A DNA stretch of 64,000 nucleotides from an uncultured Chloroflexia bacterium (GCA_963743855.1 CAVURK010000008.1:201407-265406), one strand, 5' to 3'; counted from the first letter of the stretch, positions 1-10,612 are shown. Notes: a model not told the origin generated them from the letters alone. Program-made: numbers and translations.

Positions 1-869
1 CAAGGTGATGATGGATCGCACCACCTACGACCCGACCATCGATCCGACCACGATCCTCGAACGCTCGTTGCGCGAATCGGAGGACCTGATCGGCCGCTGG
101 CACGGCGCGGACAAGGGCCGGCTCGGCTACGCGGTGACCCCGCGCTTCGCGATCTCGTGCACCGCCGACATGCTGCGCGAATCCGCGGCGCTGGCCCGCT
201 CCACCGGCGCCTGGTGGCAGACCCACGTCTCGGAGGATCCGTTCGAGATCGCCGAGGTCGGCCGGCTCTTCCCCGACGCCCGCGACTACGTCGACGTCTA
301 CGACCGCGCCGGCGGCCTCGGGCCCAGGACCGTCCTGGCACATGCCGATCCATCTCTCCAAGCGCGAGCTCGGCCGGCTGATCGACACCGGGACCCACGT
401 CGCCCACTGTCCCGCCTCGAACCTGTTCATCGGCGCGGGCGTCATGCCGTTGGCGCGCTACCTCGAATCGGGCTGTCTCGGTCGGTCTCGGGTCGGACGT
501 CTCGGGCGGCCCTGACGCCTCGATCTTCTCGGTCATGCGGGTCGGCGCGTACGCCCAGATGGCGCGGCGGTCGATCGCCGGCGACGCCCAGCCCGCTCTC
601 ACCGCCTTCGACTGGCTGCGGCTCGGGACGCTGGGCGGCGCCCGGGCGCTCGGGCTCGACGAGTCGATCGGTTCGCTCGAGACCGGCAAGGAGGCAGACC
701 TCATCGCCGTCGACCCGGCGTTCGTGGCGCCGTTGACCGGCCAGCCGGCCGACGAGGACCCAGCCGACCTCGCCTCGCGGCTCATCTTCCGGGCGCATCC
801 CGACATGGTCCGGGCGACCTGGGTGCGCGGGCGCCGACTGGCCGGGCCTGCGGGTCGATCGCAGGATGA
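1..869 (+). pseudogene. guaD: guanine deaminase-type amidohydrolase; 5' end lies outside the window; frame-slipped
   Basis: Frame 2 (ORF 5..) reads YAVTPRFAISCT...WWQTHVSEDPFE. It continues as HLSKRELGRLIDTGTHVAHCPASNLFIGAG in frame 0 (~349-474), then VSVGLGSDVSGGPD...GKEADLIAVDP in frame 1 (ORF 535..). These are amidohydrolase metal-ligand motifs. TGA 867-869 overlaps the next ATG. Two +1 slips (~349, ~474), possibly a third near the end. Confidence 0.6.
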
Positions 870-2473
870 CCGCCAGCGGACCTGCGGATCATCGGCGGGA
901 CCATCGTCGACGGCACGGGGGCGCCCGGCCGACCGGGCACGGTCGAGGTCACCGACGGCCGGATCCGGGTCCTCGGCACCGGAGGACGCCGGCCGCGGCG
1001 CACGTCGGCCGGACGATCGACGCGACCGGCAAGGTCGTCTCGCCCGGGTTCATCGACCTCCACAGCCACGGCGGCCTGGCGATCCTGGCCGACGGCCGCC
1101 ACGAGCCCAAGGTCCGCCAGGGCGTGACGACCGAGCTCGTCGGCGTCGACGGCAACGGGTTCGCCCCGTTCGCGCGGCGCGAGGACCTCGAGGCGTTCGT
1201 CGAGCTCGACGCCGGTCTCGATGGCCGGCCTGCGATCGACTACGACTGGACGTCCGTCGGGAGCTACCTGGCGCGCTACGACGGGGCGGTCAGCCTCAAC
1301 GTCGCGACGCTCGATCGGCAACTCGGCCGCTCCGGATCGCGGCGCTCGGCTGGGATGACGTGCCGGCCGACGCCGCCCGCGCTCGACACGATGCGCGGGC
1401 TCCTGCGCGACGGCATGGCCGAGGGCGCCTTCGGGCTGTCCACCGGGCTCGACTACCCGCCGGGCTCGTTCGCCACGACCGATGAGCTCGCCGCGCTGAC
1501 CGCCGAGGCCGGGCGCACTGGTGGCTTCTACCACACGCACGTCCGCTACCCGCTCGGCGACCGCTATCTCGACCCGTTCCGCGAGGCGATCGAGATCGGC
1601 CGGCGCGCCGAGCGCGCCGTCGCACATCACCCACTTCTATCACCGCGAGACGCACCCCGGCCCGCCCGAGCCGATGCTCGCGCTGGTCGACGACGCCCGT
1701 GCCGAAGGGCTCGACGTCACGTTCGACACGTACCCGTCCGAGTGGGCCTCGACGCGGCTGCTCATCCAGCTGCCGCAATGGATCCAGGCCGGCGGGCCCG
1801 GCCCGCTCAAGGAGCGTCTCGCCGACCGGGCGGCCCGCGACCGCGTCCGTGCCGAGTTCACGGCCCGCGGCGCCTCGTACGCCAGCCCCGCCGGCTGGGC
1901 CGACGTCCGGCTCGGGGCCTTCCGGCGGCCCGAGAACCTGCGCTGGGAGAGCCTGACCGTCGCGGACGTCATGGCCGAGACCGGTCACGACGCGCTCGAT
2001 GTCATCTGCGACCTGCTGCTGGCCGAGGATCTCGGGGTCAGCCAGGTGACGAGCGGGCCCTGGTCGCAGGACCCTGCCGCTGTTCGTCGCCCATCCGGTC
2101 GGGATGGTCGGCACCGACAGCACGTTCCTCGGCGACAAACCGAGCCCGCGGACGTATGGCAGCTTCCCGCGGATCCTCGGCCAGTTCGTCCGCGACGAGG
2201 CGCTGCTCTCAGCTCGAGGAGGCGATCCGCAAGATGACGTCGGCTCCGGCCGCGCGGCTCGGCCTGCGCGATCGCGGCGTCATCCGCGACGGGGCGGTCG
2301 CCGACCTTGTCGTCTTCGACCCGGCGACGGTGCGCTCGACCGCGACGTACGACGCGCCGAGGAGCTATCCGGTCGGGATCGAGCAGGTCATCGTGGCCGG
2401 CACGCTGGTGGTGGCGGACGGCGTCCACACCGGCGCGATGCCCGGCCGGGCACTGCGCCACGGGGTCGACTGA
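866..2473 (+). pseudogene. N-acyl-D-amino-acid deacylase (D-aminoacylase) family amidohydrolase; multiply frame-slipped
   Basis: Pieces read IIGGTIVDGTGAPGRPGTVEVTDGRIRVLG, GKVVSPGFIDLHSHG, LRIAALGWDDVPADAA, DTMRGLLRDGMAEGAFGLSTGLDYPPG, GGFYHTHVRY, HITHFYHRETHPG, VGMVGTDSTFLGDKPSPRTYGSFPRILG and LEEAIRKMTSAPAARLGL...VIVAGTLVV. Frames step 2-0-1-2-0-1-2-0-1-2, i.e. about 9 +1 slips at ~878, 981, 1000, 1313, 1330, 1377, 1622, 2070 and 2209. Confidence 0.7.
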
Positions 2474-2486
2474 CCGGAGGCAGGCA

Positions 2487-3244
2487 TCACCGGGCCGGTA
2501 TCAGGCCGGGGAGGGCGAGCCCCCGAATTCGTGGCTCGGCACCTGGTGCTCCGGGGCGAGGTCGGTCGCGTGTCCGCTGGCCACGGCGGAGCTCGGTGAA
2601 CATCCGGTCCTGGGCCAGCGACGAGCCGCGTCCTCGAGGCTGCCCTCGAGCGGCGGTGCGGCCCAGCCGAAGGCCAGGCGCATCGCGATCGCGCCCGATT
2701 CGAGCCAGAGCTCGCACGCCGCGCGGACCCGCTCGACGTAGTTGACCGCCTCGACCTCGCCGGTCTCCGTGAGCAGGACTCCGAAGCGACCGGGACCGAG
2801 GCGGGCGACCTGGTCGGAACCGCGGGCCTGTCGGCCGAGGACGTCCGCCAGTGCCGGCAGGATGCGGTCCGCAGCTCCCGCCCCGAGCACGCCAGTGAGC
2901 CGTTCGAGGCCGTCGAGCTGGATGATCACGACCGTCGCGGCCCGTCCGTAGCGATCGATCCGCGCCGCCTCGTCGATCAGGACGCGGTTCCATTCGGCCT
3001 GCGCGAGGAGCCCGGTGAGGGCGTCGGTCCGCGGTGGCGCCACGTGGGCGATCGACGGGGTCGGCCGGCACGGCGCTCGCGACGGCTGGTCAGTCGGTCG
3101 CGACGCGGCCTGGCCGGCCAGGCGATCGTCGCCTCGCGTTTCGCGCGGCGACCGCGGATCACGGACCGCGTCAGGGCCACACCGATCAGCAGCACGTTCG
3201 CCGCGACGAGGATCGCCAGGAGGATAGAGGATGCTGTCGGTCAT
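2487..3244 (-). pseudogene. membrane-anchored GGDEF-domain protein with a degenerate active site (GPGRF) and an RxxD I-site; frame-slipped
   Basis: ORF 2501..3325 reads DALTGLLAQAEWNRVL...VVIIQLDGLERL...RQARGSDQVARLGPGRFGVLL. ATG at 3244 (MTDSIL). A TM helix ILLAILVAANVLLIGVALT sits in another frame (ORF 2977..3195). The C-terminal piece LAQDRMFTELRRGQ is in the frame of ORF 2487..3071. About 3 slips. Confidence 0.6.
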
Positions 3245-3440
3245 CTCGCCGTTCGGATGTCGGTGGCGAAGCGCGATCTGCGCCTCGGACGCGGAGCATA
3301 ACGGCCGACCCCGAGGTCCCGACAAGAGTCCCGAGGGCCCCCGGACCAGTTGGTGGTGCTGGCAGTCACCGGCCGCTGGGGTCCGGTGCGGTCCGGTGAC
3401 GAAGGCGACCGAGGACGTCCGGCGACGCGGCGGCCGGTGA

Positions 3441-3446
3441 TAGAGT
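3441..3446 (+). promoter_or_regulatory. candidate -10 hexamer TAGAGT upstream of the xanthine dehydrogenase operon
   Basis: TAnnnT hexamer in the GGDEF/XDH divergent spacer. It is followed by GGAGGA (3457-3462) and the TTG start at 3469. Confidence 0.25.
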
Positions 3447-3468
3447 CAGTCGCCATGGAGGACGGCCA

Positions 3469-5835
3469 TTGCCCGACCTGACGAGCCGGACCGAGTCACC
3501 CGACGCCGTCATCATCCAGCCCGGCACGATCGCGCCCGGCCGCGCCCGTGGCGCAGGCCCGCTGCGGCGTGAGGGTCCGGCCAAGCTGACCGGCGCCGCG
3601 AAGTACGCCGACGATCTGGTCTTCCCGGGCGCCTGGTTCGGAGCGACGATCCGATCGACCGATGCGCACGCGCGGTTCACTGCGCTCGCCCTCGATCCGG
3701 CCTTCGACTGGTCGACGGTCATCGTCGTCACCGCCGCCGACATCCCGGGCGACAACATCGTCAGCTCGATCAAGGCCGACCAGCCGATCCTCGTGCCGGT
3801 CGGTGGCGAGATCCAGCACCACGCCGAGCCGCTCGCGCTCCTGGCCGCGCCGGACAAGGCGACCCTCCGCGCCGCACGCCATGCCGCGACGGCCGTCACC
3901 GAGCCGCTCCCCGCGATCTTCGATCCGCTCGTCGCGGACACGTTCTTCGCCGCGTACGAGCTCGCGAAGGGCGACCCGGACGCAGCCTTCGCGGCCGCCG
4001 ACCTGGTGCTCGAGGGCGAGTATCGGGTCGGCCACCAGGAGCAGCTGTACATCGAGAACAACGGCATGATCGCGGTCCCATCGGGCGACGGCGGGGTGAC
4101 CGTCCACGGCTCGCTCCAGTGCCCGTACTACATCCACACGGCGCTGAAGCGCGGGCTCGCCATCGACGACCGGCAGGCACGCGTCGTCCAGGCGGAGACG
4201 GGCGGCGGGTTCGGCGGCAAGGAGGAGTACCCGTCGATGATCGCGCTGCATGCGGCGCTCCTGGCGGGCAAGGCCGGGCGCCCGGTCCGGATGATCTACG
4301 ACCGGCACGAGGACCTGGCCGCGACCACGAAGCGCCACCCTGCCATCGTCCGGCATCGGACCGGCGTGACCAGCGACGGCCGGCTGATCGCCCAGGACAT
4401 CGAGGTCGTGATGGACGGCGGCGCGTACTGCACGCTGACCCCCGTCGTCCTGTCGCGCGGCGCGATCCACGCCGGCGGCCCGTATCGCTGCCCGAACGTC
4501 CGGATCCGCGCCCGGGCGACGCGCACCAACACCCCGCCGAACGGCGCCTTCCGCGGGTTCGGGGCGCCACAGACCGAGTTCGCCGCCGAGACCCATCTCA
4601 ACCGGATCGCCGGAGCGCTCGGGATCAGCCCGCTCGAGATCCGGCGACGGAACGTCTACGTCGTCGGCGACACGACACCGACCGGCCAGGTCCTGGGACA
4701 CAGCGTGGCCGGCGAGGAGGTCCTCGAACGGGCGGCCGAGGCGGGCGAGTTCGAGCGCCTGCGGGCGCGCCACGATGTCGCCCGGTCGCGACGGGCAGGG
4801 GCCGGGATCGTGCCTGGCTCGCCGTTGCGGACGGGACGCGAGCGGCTGGCCAGCGGGGTCGGCCTGGCGCTCGCCTGGCACGGCGCCGGGTTCACCGGGT
4901 CCGGCGAGGTCCACCTCGCCTCGGTCGTGTCGCTGGAGCTGAGCGCCGAGGGCGGGATCAGCGTGCTGACCGCCTCGACCGAGATGGGCCAGGGCACCAA
5001 GACGATCTTCCCGCAGCTCGTCTCCGAGGCGCTCGGCGTCCCGTACGAGGCGGTCGAGATCGCGCCGCAGGACACCGCGTTCGTCCCGGACTCGGGGCCG
5101 ACCGTCGCGTCGCGGACCGCGATGGTCGTCGGTGGGCTGCTGATCAAGGCGGCGACCCGGCTCCGGACCCAGGTCGAGACCGCGACCGGTGGCACGTTCG
5201 CGACGACCTACCGTGACTACGCGCGCGAGCACGGCGCGCTGCGGATCGACGAGCAGTTCGAGCCGTACCCGGGCGTCGGGTTCGACGACGCGACCTATCG
5301 CGGCGACGCCTATCCGGCCTTCGGCTGGGCGGCCTGCGTCGCCAGCGTCGAGGTCGATCTCGACACCGGCGAGGTCCACGTCCGCGACGTGGTCGCCGCC
5401 GACGACGTCGGCCGGGTCATCCACCCGGTCCTCGCCGAGGGACAGGTCGAGGGCGGCACGCTGCAGGCCGTCGGCTACGCCACGATCGAGGAGATCAAGC
5501 TGCGCGACGGGCGCTATCTCAACGATCGCCTCGCGACGTACATCATCCCGACCTCGCTCGACGCGCCGCGGATCACGACGATCCTGGTCGAGGCACCGTT
5601 CGACGGCGTGCCGCACGGCGCCAAGGGGATCGGCGAGCTGCCGATGGACGTCGGGGCACCGGCCGTCGTCGCGGCGATCGCGGATGCGACCGGGGTCTGG
5701 ATCGCGGACCTGCCGGCCAGCCCGGAGCGGATCCTCGCCGCGATGGCCGGCGTCCCGGCCGTCGCGCCGCTGCCGCCCGGTGCCTCCGAACCGGCGGCGC
5801 CGCCCCCGGCCGCAGGCGCAGGGCCACGGCGATGA
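3469..5835 (+). CDS. xanthine dehydrogenase family, molybdopterin-binding large subunit
   Basis: Intact 788-aa ORF. Motifs: GAAKYADDL, QVETGGGFGGKE, RHPAIVRH, PPNGAFRGFGAPQ, GQGTKT, and the typical MoCo-subunit C-terminus AKGIGELP. Confidence 0.9.
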   Translation: MPDLTSRTESPDAVIIQPGTIAPGRARGAGPLRREGPAKLTGAAKYADDLVFPGAWFGATIRSTDAHARFTALALDPAFDWSTVIVVTAADIPGDNIVSSIKADQPILVPVGGEIQHHAEPLALLAAPDKATLRAARHAATAVTEPLPAIFDPLVADTFFAAYELAKGDPDAAFAAADLVLEGEYRVGHQEQLYIENNGMIAVPSGDGGVTVHGSLQCPYYIHTALKRGLAIDDRQARVVQAETGGGFGGKEEYPSMIALHAALLAGKAGRPVRMIYDRHEDLAATTKRHPAIVRHRTGVTSDGRLIAQDIEVVMDGGAYCTLTPVVLSRGAIHAGGPYRCPNVRIRARATRTNTPPNGAFRGFGAPQTEFAAETHLNRIAGALGISPLEIRRRNVYVVGDTTPTGQVLGHSVAGEEVLERAAEAGEFERLRARHDVARSRRAGAGIVPGSPLRTGRERLASGVGLALAWHGAGFTGSGEVHLASVVSLELSAEGGISVLTASTEMGQGTKTIFPQLVSEALGVPYEAVEIAPQDTAFVPDSGPTVASRTAMVVGGLLIKAATRLRTQVETATGGTFATTYRDYAREHGALRIDEQFEPYPGVGFDDATYRGDAYPAFGWAACVASVEVDLDTGEVHVRDVVAADDVGRVIHPVLAEGQVEGGTLQAVGYATIEEIKLRDGRYLNDRLATYIIPTSLDAPRITTILVEAPFDGVPHGAKGIGELPMDVGAPAVVAAIADATGVWIADLPASPERILAAMAGVPAVAPLPPGASEPAAPPPAAGAGPRR

Positions 5836-6639
5836 CCGACGGTCCGCTTCACCGTCAACGCCGCCCCGGTCGAGGTCGACGTGCCCGGGATGCGCCGCCT
5901 GCTCGACGTGCTGCGCGAGGAGCTCGCGCTGACCGGCACCAAGGAGGGCTGCGGCGAGGGCGAGTGCGGCGCGTGCACGGTCCTGCTCGACGGCCTGCCG
6001 GTCGATTCATGCCTCGTCCCGATCTGCCAGGTCGAGGGAGCGGTCGTGGCCACCGTCGAGGGACTCGCGCCATCGCCCGATGCGCTCGGCCCGCTCCAGA
6101 CGGCCTTCCTCGAGACCGGCGGCGCCCAGTGCGGCATCTGCACCCCCGGGATGCTGATGGCGGCCCGGGCCTACCTCGACGCCGGCGGCGGCCCGGATGA
6201 CGGCTCGATCCGCGAGGCGATCGCGGGCAACCTGTGCCGCTGCACGGGCTACACCAAGATCGTCGAGGCGATCGCCCGCGCGGCGACCGATCGGCCCGAC
6301 CATCGGCGGCTCCGCCGGCCCGACCGCATCACGCCCAGGAGGCGACGCATGAGCTCCGACTCCGACCGCATCTCGGTCCCGACCAACGGCAAACGTCCGC
6401 ACTCCGTCACGACGATGACGGCATCGACGGCCAGCTCCGGCCGGGCAGAGGACGCCCGCCACGGGCGCCACGACCGCGCCGACGGCGACGGCGCTGACGC
6501 CGCCCCCGACCGGCTCGTCCTCGCTCGACCTTCCCGGCGGGTTGTCGCCGCAGCAGCTCGCGATCGGGTTCGGGATCGTCGCCTCGGTGCTCGCCATCGG
6601 GGCGGGACTCGCCCGCCGCCGCGTCCGGCGCTGAACTGA
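5832..6639 (+). CDS. xanthine dehydrogenase family [2Fe-2S]-binding small subunit with an unexplained ~115-codon tail
   Basis: ORF 5881.. reads LTGTKEGCGEGECGACTV...CGICTPGMLM...GNLCRCTGY, covering both Fe-S cysteine clusters. In-frame VRFTVNAAPVEVD runs back to the XDH stop. ATG 5832 (ATGA overlap) is one base out of frame, so either there is one slip near 5838 or GTG 5881 is the start. The domain ends near 6290. Confidence 0.75.
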
Positions 6640-7496
6640 TGCCGGTCGAGCCGCCCGTCTCGAGCCCGCGCGACCTCGCCGAGGCGTACGCGGTCCTGGA
6701 CGCAGGCCCGGCCCGCCCGATCGCCGGCGGCACGGACCTGATGGTCTCGCTGACCGGCGAGCTCGGCGAACCGCCCGACCGGATCGTCGACCTGTGGCGG
6801 CTCGACGCATTGCGTGGCATCGCGGTCGAGGGCGACGCGATCAGCCTCGGTGCGCTGACGACGTACACGGAGATCCGCCGCTCGGCGGTCTGCCGCGAGC
6901 ATCTCCCCGCACTGGTCGAGGCGGCCGCGACGATCGGCGCGGCCCAGATCCAGAACCGCGGGACGCTCGGCGGCAACGTCGTCAACGCCTCGCCGGCCGG
7001 CGACACGCTGCCGGTCCTGCTGGCCGCTGACGCCACGTTCGTGCTCGGTTCGTCGCGTGGGGAGCGGCAGGTCCCCGCGAGCGCGTTCTGGCCGGCCTAC
7101 CGGCGCACGGCCCTCGCTCCCGACGAGCTCCTGTTGCGCATCCGGATCCCGCTGATGGCCGGTCGCGAGCTGCGCTTCCGCAAGGTCGGGACGCGCCGGG
7201 CCCAGTCGATCAGCAAGGTCGTCGTCGCGCTCGGCTGGCGGGACGGCGACGCCGCGGCCAGATGGTCGGACGTCCGGCTCGCGCTCGGGTCCGTCGCGGC
7301 GACGCCGATCCGTGCGCTCGCCACCGAGGCGGCCCTCGAAGGCCGCCCGCCGACGCCCGAGACGGCCGACCTCGCCGCCGAGACGCTCGCCGCCGAGATC
7401 CATCCGATCGACGACGTCCGCTCGACCGCCGAGTACCGGCGCCTGGTCGCGGCGCGCGTCGTCCATCGCCTCATCCGCGAGGCCGGCGGCTGGTGA
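6639..7496 (+). CDS. xanthine dehydrogenase family FAD-binding subunit
   Basis: Intact 285-aa ORF. Motifs: PIAGGTDLMV, GALTTYTEI, IQNRGTLGGNVVNASPAGD, IDDVRSTAEYR. Its ATG overlaps the preceding TGA. Confidence 0.9.
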   Translation: MPVEPPVSSPRDLAEAYAVLDAGPARPIAGGTDLMVSLTGELGEPPDRIVDLWRLDALRGIAVEGDAISLGALTTYTEIRRSAVCREHLPALVEAAATIGAAQIQNRGTLGGNVVNASPAGDTLPVLLAADATFVLGSSRGERQVPASAFWPAYRRTALAPDELLLRIRIPLMAGRELRFRKVGTRRAQSISKVVVALGWRDGDAAARWSDVRLALGSVAATPIRALATEAALEGRPPTPETADLAAETLAAEIHPIDDVRSTAEYRRLVAARVVHRLIREAGGW

Positions 7497-8076
7497 CCGG
7501 CGACGTGGTGTCGGAGAAGGCGGCCCCGGCGTCGGGATCGGCCGCCGATACGCTGTCGATCGATCGCCTCGATGTCGTCGCACCGGGCGCCTTCGCGGCC
7601 GCGGTGGCGCCGCTGTTCGAGGGGGCGCGCGGATTTCTCGGTCGGCTGGCGGTGGCCCGGCCGTTCGGCTCGGTCGAGGGTTTCTTCGACACGGCACGCC
7701 TGATCGCCCACGCCATGCCGGTCGGGGAGCAGATCGAGCTGATCGATGCGCATCCGCGACTCGGCGCGTCACCGGAGAGTGTCTCGGCGCTGTCGTTCGT
7801 GGAGCAGGGATACGGCCGCGGCACGGAACGTGCGCCCGAGACGACCGTGTCGCCGCCGAGCTCGAGCGGCTCAACGACGCGTACGAGGCACGCTTCGGGT
7901 TCCGCTACTGCGTCTTCGTCGCGGGCCGGTCGCGGGCTGTGCTGCTCCCCGAGCTGACCGCCGCGCTCGAGGCGGACCGTGCTGCCGAGCTGGCCCGCGC
8001 CCTCGACGCGGTCGTCGACATCGCGCGCGACCGCTATGCCACGATGACCTCGGCAGCATCGGAGGCAGCGACGTGA
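7493..8076 (+). pseudogene. uraD: OHCU (2-oxo-4-hydroxy-4-carboxy-5-ureidoimidazoline) decarboxylase; frame break near 7845
   Basis: GTG 7493 overlaps the upstream TGA. Frame 2 reads LIDAHPRLGASPESVSALSFVEQGYG. Frame 1 (ORF 7312..8076) reads ELERLNDAYEARFGFRYCVFVAGRS...ALDAVVDIARDR. Confidence 0.75.
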
Positions 8077-8916
8077 TCGAACTGGCCGCGAACCGCTACG
8101 GCAAGGCCGCGATCCGCCTCGTCCGGGTCGCCCACGGCCTCGACGGCGACCGCGTCCGCGACCTGACCATCGCGATCGCGCTCGAGGGCGATTTCGAGGC
8201 CGCCCACACCGACGGCGACAACGCCTCGGTCATCGCGACCGACACCATGAAGAACACGGCATACGTCTTCGCCAAGGACCATCTCGATGGCGCGATCGAC
8301 GACTACGGCCGTGCCCTCGCCGAGCACTTCCTCGGGGAGCCCCAGGTCGACCGCGCGACCGTCAATATCCGTTCGCACCAGTGGGGCGCCGATCGACGTC
8401 GCAGGCCAGCCGGCGGGTGCCTTCGTCCGCGGCGGCGAGGGGACGCGTGTCGCGACGGTCACCGCGAGCCGCGGCGGGACGACGGTCGAAGCCGGCGTCG
8501 AGGACCTCGTCGTCATGAAGACGCGACGCTCGGCGTTCAGCGGCTTCCCGCGCGACCGGTACACCACGCTGCCCGAGACGGACGACCGGCTGATGGCGAC
8601 GAAGCTGACCGCGATCTGGGGCTACGGCTCGCCCGACATCGACGCCGACGCGACGTTCGCGGCCGTCCGCTCGACGCTGCTCGAGGTCTTCGCCGACCAC
8701 GACAGCCCGTCGGTCCAGGCCTCGATCTGGATCATGGGCCGCGCCATCCTCGAGCGCCACGACGAGGTCGAGGTCGTCCGGATGGTCCTCCCGAACCTCC
8801 ATCACTGGCTGGTCGACCTGTCGCCGTTCGGGCTCGAGAACGACCGCGAGATCTACACGCCGACGACCGAGCCGCACGGGCTGATCGAGGCGACCGTGCG
8901 CCGCGGGGAGGGCTGA
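8073..8916 (+). pseudogene. uox: urate oxidase (uricase); one +1 slip near 8388
   Basis: GGAGG at 8061, GTG at 8073. Frame 0 reads NRYGKAAIRLVRV...ATDTMKNTAYVFAKDH. Frame 1 (ORF 8287..8916) reads VMKTRRSAFSGFPRDRYTTLPETDDRLMATKL...VLPNLHH. Confidence 0.8.
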
Positions 8917-8921
8917 CGACC

Positions 8922-10505
8922 ATGCCGCCGCCCGGTGTCGAGCTTCGCCGCGATCCGGTCCCGGGCTCCGACCGCGTCCTGACCGACGACGCGCTGGCGT
9001 TCGTCGCCGATCTCAATCGGCGGTTCGGCCCGTCGCGGATCTCGCTCATCGAGCGCCGCCAGGAGCGCCAGCGCGAGCTCGATGCCGGCGTCCGGCCCGA
9101 CTTCCTCGTCGCGACCCGCCAGGTCCGCGAGTCGGCCTGGACCGTTGCCCCGGCACCGCCCGACTTCGACGATCGGCGGGTCGAGATCACCGGCCCGGCC
9201 GAGCCCAAGATGCTGATCAACGCGCTCAACTCGGGCGCCCGCGTGTTCATGGCCGATCTCGAGGACTCGCTCTCGCCGACGTGGGCCAACGTGGTCGGCG
9301 GCCAGGCGCGCTGATCGACGCCGTGCGCGCGCACGCTGACCTTCGATTCGCCCGAGGGCAAGGCGTACCGGCTCGCCGAGACGACGCGCGACGCTCGTCG
9401 TCCGGCCGCGCGGCTGGCACCTCGTCGAGTCGGGGATGCTGGTCGACGGCGTGCCCGGTCTCGGCCAGCCTGTTCGACTTCGGGCTCTACCTGTTCCACA
9501 ACGGCGTGGAGCTCCTCGCGCCGCGGCACGCGGGCCGTACTTCTACCTCGCCAAGCTCGAATCGCACCACGAGGCGCGGCTCTGGAACGAGGTCTTCGTC
9601 CACGCGCAGGTCGCGCTCGGGATCCCGCGCGGGTCGATCCGGGCGACCGTCCTCATCGAGACGATCCTCGCCGCGTTCGAGATGGACGAGATCCTGTACG
9701 AGCTGCGCGAGCACGCCGCGGGGCTGAACGCCGGCCGCTGGGACTACCTGTTCAGCGGCATCAAGAAGTTCCAGACGTGGCCCGAGCTGCGCCGTTCCCG
9801 ACCGCGCCCAGCTGACGATGACGGTGCCGTTCATGCGGGCCTACACCGAGCTGCTCGTCCGGACCTGTCATCGGCGCGGCGCGCACGCGATCGGCGGGAT
9901 GGCGGCGTTCATCCCGAACCGGCGCGACCCGGCGGTCACCGACGTGGCCATGGCCAAGGTCCGCGACGACAAGGAGCGCGAGAGCCGCGACGGCTTCGAC
10001 GGGACATGGGTCGCGCATCCCGACCTCGTGCCGCTGGCGACCGAGATCTTCGATGCCGTGCTCGGCGCCGCGCCGAACCAGAAGGAGCGCCTCCGCGAGG
10101 AGGTGTCGGTCAGCGCCGACGCAGCTGCTCGACTTGCGCGTGCCCGGCGGCGCCGTCACCGAGGCCGGGGTCCGGGCGAACGTCCGGGTCGCGCTTGGCC
10201 TATCTCGACTCGTGGCTGCGCGGCGTCGGCGCGGCGGCGATCGACAACCTGATGGAGGACGCGGCGACCGCCGAGATCTCCCGCTCGCAGCTGTGGCACT
10301 GGCGGACCCGGGGCGTCGCGCTGGCCGATGGCCGGGCGTTCTACGGCGGGACTCTACGAGACCGATCCGCGACGAGGAGCTGGCTCGGCTCGGCGGGGCC
10401 GGGGAGGGCCGGCTGGCCGACGCCGCCGCGTTGCTCGATCGACTGGTGCTCGACGACGACTTCGCGGAGTTCCTGACCCTTCGGGCGTATTCGTCGCTGG
10501 ATTAG
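8922..10505 (+). pseudogene. aceB: malate synthase A-type; multiply frame-slipped
   Basis: Pieces read VEITGPAEPKMLINALNSGARVFMADLEDSLSPTW, TLTFDSPEGKAYRL, LVVRPRGWHLVE, SLFDFGLYLFHN, GPYFYLAKLESHHEARLWNEVF...[41 protein letters not shown]...[14 protein letters not shown], and ISRSQLWHW. At least 9 slips between ~9305 and ~10370. Confidence 0.8.
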
Positions 10506-10527
10506 CCGCGACGGCAGCGCGGTTCGT

Positions 10528-10554
10528 CGTTGATGTCACTCGAGAGCATCAACG
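10528..10554. repeat. inverted repeat cGTTGATG-N11-CATCAACg in a convergent spacer
   Basis: 8-bp arms read directly from the sequence. It lies 23 nt after the malate synthase stop. It shares its arm sequence with the repeat at 10588. Confidence 0.6.
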
Positions 10555-10587
10555 CGGAACGCGCCTTGCTTCGCGACATGGCGATCC

Positions 10588-10612
10588 GTTGATGCACGTG
10601 GACTGCATCAAC
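10588..10612. repeat. inverted repeat GTTGATGCA-N7-TGCATCAAC overlapping the hydantoinase stop codon
   Basis: 9-bp perfect arms read directly from the sequence. It has the same GTTGATG core as the repeat 59 bp upstream. Confidence 0.6.

Noticed and set aside
6234-6497. ORF 6234..6497 (87 codons) and other short Arg-rich ORFs inside the XDH small-subunit tail.
   Set aside because: The composition is almost pure Arg/Pro/Gly/Asp, with no start context. This is typical out-of-frame reading of GC-rich DNA.
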